Below, one piece after another: positions 57,242-64,000 of a DNA stretch of 64,000 nucleotides (its first letter is position 1; each line of letters opens with the position of its first letter). This DNA comes from Phreatobacter sp. (GTDB lineage: Bacteria > Pseudomonadota > Alphaproteobacteria > Rhizobiales > Phreatobacteraceae): assembly GCA_046295035.1 (NCBI GenBank), contig JBKBOA010000001.1, positions 42,018 to 106,017 of the forward strand, read 5' to 3'. The position numbers and the translations under genes are program-made. A model generated the notes under the pieces. That model was not told the origin of the DNA, searched no databases, and saw nothing but the letters and a program-made list of their open reading frames with translations.

Positions 57242-60200
57242 ATGGCGCAAACCACCACCGTGCGATGGCAGCCGGCACGGGACGGGGACGCCCGCGCGCC
57301 GAGCCGCCTGGAGCTGCACGAGGTCATCCTCGATTCCGTCGCCCATGGCCTGTGCGTCTTCGGACCTGACCTGCGCCTGGAACTGGTCAATCAGCGCTTC
57401 CGCGACGTGTTCGAGCTTCCCGATGGCGCCATCCGCACCGGCATGCACCTCTACGACGTGCTGCGGCTGGGGGTCGTGCGCGGCAACTTCGGCGAGTCCA
57501 CCATCGAGGCCGTCTGGGAAGAACGGCAGGCGCGACTGGCCGAGGGGCGGCCGTTCCAGCTCTACCAGCGCCGCTCCAACGGCGCGATCATCGACGTCCA
57601 TTACCGTCCGGCGCCCGGCGGCCGGTGGGTGGCCACCCATATCGACGTGACGCAGCAGATCCGGCTGCACGAGGAACTGCAGGCCCAGGCCGCCCTGCTC
57701 GGCCAGCTGGTCGGCAGCCTGTCTCACGGGCTGGCCATGTTCGGGCCGGACGAGCGGCTGATGGTGTGCAACAGGCAATATACCGAGGTTCTCGGCCTCG
57801 ATCCGCGCGTGGTCCAGCCCGGGCTCTCCCTCGTCGAACTGACCAACCACGTGCTCGAACGCGGTCTCTACGAAGGCATGACCTTCGACGACCTCTATGC
57901 CGATACCCGCCTGACCCTGACCAGCACCGGGCGCGATGATGTCGTGCGCAGGCTCGCCGACGGGCGCTATGTCTCCACCCGCAGCCGGCCGGTCGGAACC
58001 AATGGCTGGGTGCTGATCTGCGAGGATGTGACGGCGCGCGAACGGGCCGCCGCCGAGCTGCGCGAGCAGCATCGCCGCTTCGATGCGGCCCTCAACAACA
58101 TGAGCCATGGGCTCTGCATGTTCGACGCCGACGAGCGGCTGATCGTCTGCAATGACGGCTACATCTCCATCTTCCGGGCCGATCCGCAGGTGGTGAAGCC
58201 GGGCGTGACGCTGCGCGACATCTTCGTGCATGGCATCGCGCTCGGCCTCTATCCGGGAAGAACGGCGGATGACCTCGTCGAGCGCCGGATGGGCGCGATC
58301 CGGCGCGGAGAGAGCCAGTGCTACGACACGCAGCTCGGCGATGGCCGCACCATCGAGATATCCACCCGACCCCTGGCCGACGGCGGCTGGATCGGCATCT
58401 TCGAGGACGTGACCGAGCGGCGGCGCATCGAGGCCGAGCGGGCGGCCGCCATCACCGAGGCGCGCGAGAAGAACCTTCTGATGGATGCCACCCTGGATGC
58501 CATGGCCCAGGGGCTGTGCGTGTTCGACCGGGATTTCCGCGTCATCGTCATGAACCGACGCTATCTGGAGATCTATGGCCTCGACCCCGCATTTGCCCGG
58601 CCGGGCGTCGCCATGCTCGATCTGATCCGCCATTCCGTCGCCCGGAACGTCCATGCCGAGGGCTATTGCGCGGAAGCGATCTATGCCGATTTCGTCTCCC
58701 GGCTGATCGAGAACAAGGAACCGGTCCTCCATCGCCGCCTGGCCGATGGCCGCATCATCGCCGTGCGCATCCGCCCCATGGCCGATGACGGCTGGGTTGC
58801 GACCTTCGAGGACATTACCGAACGCGAACAGGCGGCCGACCAGCTGCGCGAGCAGCACCGGCGCTTCGACGCCGCCCTCAACAACATGGCGCACGGCCTC
58901 GCCATGCTGGACGAGAAGCTCAACCTGATCGTCTGCAACCGGCGCTATCTGGAAATGTACCGCATGTCGCCCGACGTGGTGAAACCGGGCGCCTCCATGC
59001 TCGAGATCGTGCGGCACAGCATCGCCCAGGGCAACTACACCGACATATCGGCCGAACAGCTGGTGGAGAGCTATTTCCAGCGGCTGGAAGCGGGGGACTA
59101 TGTGTCCCAGCGCACGCTGGCCGACGGCCGGGTGTTCAGCGTGGTCTATCAGCCCATGCCGCATGGCGGCTGGGTGGCCATCCACGAGGACATCACCGAG
59201 CGGCGCAAGGTCGAGCAGCACATCGCCCACATGGCCCACCATGACGCGCTCACCGGTCTTCCCAACCGGGTGCTGCTGCGCGAGCGCATGTCGGAATGGC
59301 TGGCGCAGGCGGCCGCCACGGGCGAACCGATGGCCATCCTCTGTCTGGATCTCGACCACTTCAAGAGTGTCAACGACACGCTCGGGCACCCGGTCGGAGA
59401 CCAGCTGCTGACGGTGGTGGCCGGGCGGCTCGGCGAGGCCGTCGGCGCGTCGGGTCTGATCGCCCGCCTCGGCGGCGACGAATTTGCCATCCTTCTGCCG
59501 GGGACAACGGCCCAGGCGGCCGGAGCCCTGGCGCGCCGGCTGGTGCAGCTGATGGCCGAGCCCTTCGTGATCGACGGCCACCTTCTCAATACCGGGCTGA
59601 GCATCGGCATCGCCATGGCGCCGCAGGACGGGGCCAGTTTCGACCACCTGATGAAGTGCGGCGACCTCGCCCTCTACCGCGCCAAGGCCGCAGGCCGCGG
59701 CATGTACCGCTTCTTCGAGCCCGACATGAGCGCACGGATCGAGGCCCGCCGCGCGCTCGAGCTCAGCCTGCGCGAGGCGCTCGCCCGCGACGAGTTCCGC
59801 GTGGTGTTCCAGCCTCAGGCCTGTGCGCAGACGGGCCGGCTGCGCGGCTTCGAGGCCCTCCTGCGCTGGAACCACTGCGAGCGCGGTCCGATCTCGCCGG
59901 CCGAGTTCGTGCCGCTGGCGGAGGAGACCGGGCAGATCCATGCCATCGGCAGCTGGGTGCTGCGGCAGGCGTGCCGCACCGCGGCGAGCTGGCCGGCGGA
60001 CATCCGCCTCGCCGTCAATCTCTCGCCGGTCCAGTTCAAGAACCGAAGCCTCGTGACCACCATCCTGGACATCATCGAGGACACCGGGCTCGATCCGCGC
60101 CGGCTCGAGCTGGAGATCACCGAGCAGGTGCTTCTCCAGGACGACGAGGCGACGATTGCCATGCTGCACGCGCTGCGCGACCGGGGCATTCGCATCGCCA

Positions 60201-60517
60201 TGGACGATTTCGGCATCGGCTATTCCTCGCTCAGCTACCTGCGCAGCTTTCCGTTCGACAAGATCAAGATCGACCGGTCCTTCGTCGCCGACATCGATCG
60301 CAGCCGGGACAACGAGGCGATCATCCGGGCCATTGCGGGGCTGGGCGCAAGCATCGGCGTTGCGACCACGGCCGAAGGCGTGGAGACCGAGGCGCAGCTC
60401 GCCATCATCCGCGCCTGCGGCTGCACCGAGGTGCAGGGCTATATCATCAGCCCGCCGCGCGCCGAGGCAGACCTGCCCGGCCTGCTTCAGGCCTTGTCCG
60501 GACCGGCATCCGCCTGA
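57242..60517 (+). CDS. Cytoplasmic 5xPAS-GGDEF-EAL c-di-GMP enzyme
   Basis: Five PAS-like repeats (xGLC/AxF...W...EDxT); HDALTGLPNR; RLGGDEF; FEALLRW; DDFGIGYSSL; KIDRSF; EGVE; QGY. Confidence 0.96.
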   Translation: MAQTTTVRWQPARDGDARAPSRLELHEVILDSVAHGLCVFGPDLRLELVNQRFRDVFELPDGAIRTGMHLYDVLRLGVVRGNFGESTIEAVWEERQARLAEGRPFQLYQRRSNGAIIDVHYRPAPGGRWVATHIDVTQQIRLHEELQAQAALLGQLVGSLSHGLAMFGPDERLMVCNRQYTEVLGLDPRVVQPGLSLVELTNHVLERGLYEGMTFDDLYADTRLTLTSTGRDDVVRRLADGRYVSTRSRPVGTNGWVLICEDVTARERAAAELREQHRRFDAALNNMSHGLCMFDADERLIVCNDGYISIFRADPQVVKPGVTLRDIFVHGIALGLYPGRTADDLVERRMGAIRRGESQCYDTQLGDGRTIEISTRPLADGGWIGIFEDVTERRRIEAERAAAITEAREKNLLMDATLDAMAQGLCVFDRDFRVIVMNRRYLEIYGLDPAFARPGVAMLDLIRHSVARNVHAEGYCAEAIYADFVSRLIENKEPVLHRRLADGRIIAVRIRPMADDGWVATFEDITEREQAADQLREQHRRFDAALNNMAHGLAMLDEKLNLIVCNRRYLEMYRMSPDVVKPGASMLEIVRHSIAQGNYTDISAEQLVESYFQRLEAGDYVSQRTLADGRVFSVVYQPMPHGGWVAIHEDITERRKVEQHIAHMAHHDALTGLPNRVLLRERMSEWLAQAAATGEPMAILCLDLDHFKSVNDTLGHPVGDQLLTVVAGRLGEAVGASGLIARLGGDEFAILLPGTTAQAAGALARRLVQLMAEPFVIDGHLLNTGLSIGIAMAPQDGASFDHLMKCGDLALYRAKAAGRGMYRFFEPDMSARIEARRALELSLREALARDEFRVVFQPQACAQTGRLRGFEALLRWNHCERGPISPAEFVPLAEETGQIHAIGSWVLRQACRTAASWPADIRLAVNLSPVQFKNRSLVTTILDIIEDTGLDPRRLELEITEQVLLQDDEATIAMLHALRDRGIRIAMDDFGIGYSSLSYLRSFPFDKIKIDRSFVADIDRSRDNEAIIRAIAGLGASIGVATTAEGVETEAQLAIIRACGCTEVQGYIISPPRAEADLPGLLQALSGPASA

Positions 60518-61149
60518 CCCACGGCCCGGCGCTGCAGCCAGTCCTCGTGGCTGAGGCGCTCCAGCGCGAAGACATCGCCCTGGCGGGCATAGAGATTGGC
60601 GAACAGCCGGCCCACGGGCCGATAGGCCGCAAGGTCGAGATTGAAGGCCGCATCCATGATCTGCGGCCAGACATGGACATGCAGGACGCGGCCAATCAGC
60701 AGTTCGCGACAGGGACCGAAGGCAAGCGACAGTTCGCGCCGGCATTCGAGCGCGGCCGGCGCCTGCGCGATCCGTGGAGGGGCCACCTGCACGCAGGGCG
60801 CGGTGCCAAGGCCCACGGCCTGCAGCTCGGAGATCTCCGGCGGGAACTCGGTGGCGCAGATGTTCATCGCATCCGCCAGCAGCTCGTCCACCAGGTTGAC
60901 GACGAACTCGCCGCTCGCCCGGATGTTGCGGGTGGTGTCCTTCGGCGACTGGTCCGCCCGGTGTTGCAGGCCCAGCACGACCAGCGGCGGGGCCTCGGAA
61001 AAGACGTTGAAGAACGAGAACGGCGCGGCATTGACGATGCCGCCTGGCCCGAGGGTGGAGACCAGCGCGATCGGGCGCGGGATCACCAGGGAGCAGAGGA
61101 TCTTGTAGATGCGATCGTCGGGCAGGGTGGACAGGTCGATGGAGCGCAT
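60487..61149 (-). CDS. Flavin reductase family protein (DIM6/NTAB)
   Basis: PRPIALVST, NAAPFSFFN, KDTTRNI...GEFVVN. Confidence 0.92.
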   Translation of the reverse strand: MRSIDLSTLPDDRIYKILCSLVIPRPIALVSTLGPGGIVNAAPFSFFNVFSEAPPLVVLGLQHRADQSPKDTTRNIRASGEFVVNLVDELLADAMNICATEFPPEISELQAVGLGTAPCVQVAPPRIAQAPAALECRRELSLAFGPCRELLIGRVLHVHVWPQIMDAAFNLDLAAYRPVGRLFANLYARQGDVFALERLSHEDWLQRRAVGQADAGPDKA

Positions 61150-61179
61150 GAGCCGTGGTCGCCGAAGGCCGACACGCCG

Positions 61180-61623
61180 TCAACCTGCATAGGGGGCGCG
61201 CTCAACCCAGAGCTCGACCTGACGCATGCCTGCGGCCTCGAAGGACAGGGTCAGCGGCACGCGCTCGCCCGCGGCCAGCGCCCGCTTCAGGCCGGTCAGG
61301 AGCAGGTGCGGCCCGTCCGGCCGCATGGCCACCGGGCGGCTGGCCGCGATCGGCCAGCGGCGCACCGGGGGCCTGCGCGGATCGGGAACGAGGGCAACCG
61401 CCTCCGCGACCGGCGTGGTGGCCTCCACCAGCACATCGCCGCGGCCGCCGGAGACGGCAAGCGGCATCATGGCCTGGGTGGTCGGTCCGGCCGAGGGCAG
61501 GCACCAGGCATGGCCGATCATGAGCTCGCCGAAGCGGTAGGAATGCGCACGGGCCTCCACCGCCGCCAGCGTGAGGGGGGCAGCCAGGACGAGGCGGCGA
61601 GACGGGTGGCGGAACGGGTTCAT
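61180..61623 (-). CDS. PCu(A)C-fold periplasmic protein with a degenerate copper motif
   Basis: SRRLVL signal; AHSY..GEL.IGHAW; D.LVEATTPVA; PDGPHLLLTGL; GERVPLTLSFE. Confidence 0.75.
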   Translation of the reverse strand: MNPFRHPSRRLVLAAPLTLAAVEARAHSYRFGELMIGHAWCLPSAGPTTQAMMPLAVSGGRGDVLVEATTPVAEAVALVPDPRRPPVRRWPIAASRPVAMRPDGPHLLLTGLKRALAAGERVPLTLSFEAAGMRQVELWVERAPYAG

Positions 61624-61627
61624 GCGA

Positions 61628-62338
61628 TTAACGCCGTTGCGGAGCCGTCGAGCCGCCATCGGGCGCCTGCGGCTGGCTCTGGGACTGGCCGGGAATGACC
61701 GGCGGCGTCTGCTTGCAGTCGGTCAGCCACACGTCATAGACGGGGTGCTCGATTCCCGACAGGCCCGGGCTCGCGGCGAACATCCAGCCCGAATAGATGC
61801 GCCGGATCTCGCCGGTCAGCGTCACCTCGTCCACCTCCACGAAGGTCGTGGTCTGCGGAGTCTCCGTCGGTGGCCGGCTGTAGCAGGCCCGCGGTGTGAC
61901 CTGGAGCGCGCCGAACTGCACCGTCTCGTCAATGGCCACATCGAAGGCGATGATTCGCCCGGTGATCTTGTCGAGCCCGGAAAACACGGCCGTCGGGTTG
62001 GAGATACGCTGGCGGGGCGGCGCAATCACCGTTTCGTCCGGGGCCGGGGCGACGGTCTCTCCCGGCAGGGCCTGACGGCGATCGCGCGGAGCGTCGGGCT
62101 GCGGGCTCGGCGCCCGGTCCGAGGGCGTGGCCGGCCGGGCCTGGGGCTGGGGGCGCGGGCCTGCCTGGCCGGGAAGGCCCGTGGCGGGCGGGCGCGGCGA
62201 CTGGACAGCGGCCGGCGGGCGCTGGGGCTGGGCGCCGGGCGGGCCGAGCTGAAGCTGGGCGCCCGCCTCCGGGACGGCCCCGAGCGCGAGAACGGCGGCG
62301 AGTGGAACAAAGGCCAGGAAGGATGGTCGGATCGCCAA
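61628..62338 (-). CDS. DUF2155 family protein
   Basis: AVFSGLDKITG, FGAL, YSGWMFAASP, EHPVYDVWL; Pro-rich N-terminal region; start uncertain (TTG). Confidence 0.9.
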   Translation of the reverse strand: MAIRPSFLAFVPLAAVLALGAVPEAGAQLQLGPPGAQPQRPPAAVQSPRPPATGLPGQAGPRPQPQARPATPSDRAPSPQPDAPRDRRQALPGETVAPAPDETVIAPPRQRISNPTAVFSGLDKITGRIIAFDVAIDETVQFGALQVTPRACYSRPPTETPQTTTFVEVDEVTLTGEIRRIYSGWMFAASPGLSGIEHPVYDVWLTDCKQTPPVIPGQSQSQPQAPDGGSTAPQRR

Positions 62339-62473
62339 GGCGTCGCCCGTCGTCTGAGAACTGGTTGGGCCCGGCTCCGGGCTTCGGCAGGAACGGGGGA
62401 CCGCTCCGGGCGATCACTAACACCGCGAAGATGGCGGAACCAAGCCGGCAGCCCGACACCCCGGCAGAGCGGT

Positions 62474-62881
62474 TCAGTTCCCCGGCGTCCAGGCCTGGTA
62501 GTCGCCCGTGACGGTGGGGCGGCGGCCCGCATTCAGGGTCGAGCCCGGCGGCCGGTAGGCCAGCGCCGTGCCGGTCATGTTGGGCTGGTGCGGCAGCTGC
62601 CAGTCGCGCGGACGGTAGCTCTGCTCCGTGGGCGGTGTGCTGGTGCGGTGGTGCATCCAGCCCCACCAGCCCGGCGGAATGGCGCTCGCTTCGGCAAGGC
62701 CATTATAGACCACCCAGCGGCGCTCGTGCCCGAGGGCCGGGTGCTTCGCATAGCGCGAGCGGTAATAGCGGTTGCCGAACTCGTCCTCGCCGACGAACAC
62801 GCCGTCGCGCCAGATGGTGAACTGGGTGCCGAAGGTCTGGCTGTTCCACCAGGTGAAGAACTTGAGGAAGAAGGCCTTCAT
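62474..62881 (-). CDS. NADH:ubiquinone oxidoreductase NDUFA12-like subunit
   Basis: VGEDEFGNRYY, ERRWVVY, IPPGWWGWMH, NMTGT, YQAWTP. Confidence 0.94.
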   Translation of the reverse strand: MKAFFLKFFTWWNSQTFGTQFTIWRDGVFVGEDEFGNRYYRSRYAKHPALGHERRWVVYNGLAEASAIPPGWWGWMHHRTSTPPTEQSYRPRDWQLPHQPNMTGTALAYRPPGSTLNAGRRPTVTGDYQAWTPGN

Positions 62882-63011
62882 GGACTGCCCGATCCCGTGT
62901 CAGGAGCCGGTTCATGCCACCGGCCGGACGGCTTGTCCAGTCTCGGGCGTCCGGGGCAGCCGGCCGCTCCGGGCAGGAGCGGCCGGGCCCGATGCGTCTG
63001 CGGCCGCGACC

Positions 63012-63956
63012 CTAGAGGTCGTCGCCGTAGTCGTCATAGCCGCCGTCGTCGTAGGACGGGTCGTCGTAGGACGGGTCGTCGTAGGACGCGTTGTCATAGC
63101 CGGAGCCGTAGTCGCCGCCCTTGTCGTAGCCGGCCTTGTCATAGCCCTGGTCGGCGCCATCGCTGCCGGTGAAGCTGTCCTGGCCGGCCGGCTTGCTGTC
63201 GGCCGATGCGGTCTGGCTGCCGGAGGATGGCGTCGTGGAACCGGAAGCGGTGCGGTTGCCGCCCAGCATGGACGAGATGGCATTGGCAGCCAGCATGCCG
63301 CCGGCGACGCCGACCGCCGCGGACGCCGCGGTGGCGAGAAAACCACCGCCCTGGCGCTGGGGCTGCTGCGGGGCCTGACCTCCCCAGGGTCCGCCCTGCC
63401 CCATCGGACCACCGGGGCCCATCGGCGGCTGACCCATCGGCGGCTGACCCATGGGTGCGCCCTGCTGGCCACCCCAGGGACCGGGCTGCGGCGGCCCGCC
63501 GAAGGCTGCGGGGGCCGGCGCGCGCGGCGCGCCGAAGCCGGGGGGCGGCGCCCCATAGCCGGGCGGCCCGCCGACGGGCGGCTGGCCCATCGGCATGCCC
63601 TGCGGGGGCGGCGGCGGCGGAGGCGGGGCCTGCCGCGAGCCGCCACCGAACAGGCTAGACAGGAAGCCGCCGCTCTGCGCCGGCTGGGGCGGCGGGGCGG
63701 CCTGCATCTGCTGGAGGTGGGCAACCTGCTGCTGCAGGTCGCGCAGCTGGTTCTGCAGCGCCTCGTTCTGCCGCGACAGGTCGTTGAGCGCCTGCTCCGA
63801 CACATACATCGACTGCAGCATGGCATAGACAGCCCCGGGCTGCTGGGCAAGGCGCTCCTTGATGAAGGCGTCGACGGCAGGGTCGCGCTGCTGGCTCTCG
63901 GCTGCGCGCAGGCGGTCGAACAGGCCGGCGATGATATCGCGTTCCTGTTGGTTCAT
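63012..63956 (-). CDS. DUF2076 family protein with long low-complexity regions
   Basis: MNQQERDIIAGLFDRL; GGFLSSLFGG; GGFLATAASAAVGVAGGML; acidic YDD tail; GGAGG RBS. Confidence 0.9.
   Translation of the reverse strand: MNQQERDIIAGLFDRLRAAESQQRDPAVDAFIKERLAQQPGAVYAMLQSMYVSEQALNDLSRQNEALQNQLRDLQQQVAHLQQMQAAPPPQPAQSGGFLSSLFGGGSRQAPPPPPPPPQGMPMGQPPVGGPPGYGAPPPGFGAPRAPAPAAFGGPPQPGPWGGQQGAPMGQPPMGQPPMGPGGPMGQGGPWGGQAPQQPQRQGGGFLATAASAAVGVAGGMLAANAISSMLGGNRTASGSTTPSSGSQTASADSKPAGQDSFTGSDGADQGYDKAGYDKGGDYGSGYDNASYDDPSYDDPSYDDGGYDDYGDDL
63045..63088. repeat. 15-bp tandem repeat (about 3 copies) encoding SYDDP
   Basis: GTCGTCGTAGGACGG at 63045 and 63060, and a 14-bp copy at 63075. Confidence 0.85.
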
Positions 63957-64000
63957 GGGACGGGTTCCTCCGGAAGGACGGCATTGGCGGGTCGCCCCCG

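Noticed and set aside
57197-61183. 1328-aa minus-strand ORF
   Set aside because: Antisense shadow of the PAS-GGDEF-EAL gene; no motifs; long stop-free antisense frames are expected at high GC3.
63030-63140. CRISPR-like repeat array
   Set aside because: In-frame 15-bp coding repeats without spacers or cas genes.
1-64000. tRNA, rRNA, riboswitches and IS elements
   Set aside because: None recognised by eye; an Infernal/Rfam and ISfinder search would be needed to exclude small ncRNAs.

Overview
High-GC alphaproteobacterial (Hyphomicrobiales-like) chromosomal window, densely coding. I saw no rRNA, tRNA, CRISPR array, transposase, integrase or phage genes. Left to right it contains: (1) the 3' end of a sulfide:quinone-oxidoreductase-like gene plus a DUF5368-like membrane protein; (2) a respiratory nitrate reductase operon (fused narK1K2-narGHJI-ppiC-small hypothetical-beta-carbonic anhydrase) with a perfect FNR box and a divergent NarR-like Crp/Fnr regulator; (3) uvrD, an SH3 protein and two tandem globin-coupled chemoreceptors of identical length; (4) housekeeping genes (gor, rpiA, nadE, class II DAHP synthase, apaG) interrupted by a tctCBA transporter, an Omp25/RopB-like porin and an orphan secreted helical protein; (5) a TetR-controlled acyl-CoA catabolic cluster (two ACADs, MaoC, two SDRs, thiolase, APH-family kinase, CoA ligase); (6) a complete but rearranged Sox sulfur-oxidation cluster (soxYZBCD-cyt c-dsrE-soxF-cyt c divergent from soxAX; soxV divergent from soxS-soxR-soxT; MBL hydrolase) with SqrR/SoxR-type operators; (7) a 5xPAS-GGDEF-EAL protein, flavin reductase, degenerate PCuAC, DUF2155, NDUFA12 and DUF2076. 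I cannot prove a wholly new system from sequence alone. The best candidates are the split ACAD10/11 + MFE-2-like catabolic cluster, the Tat-exported DsrE/extra-cytochrome module inside the sox operon, the Cys-tailed accessory genes after narI, and the differentially wired twin globin sensors. All family calls come from motif recognition by eye, not database searches.
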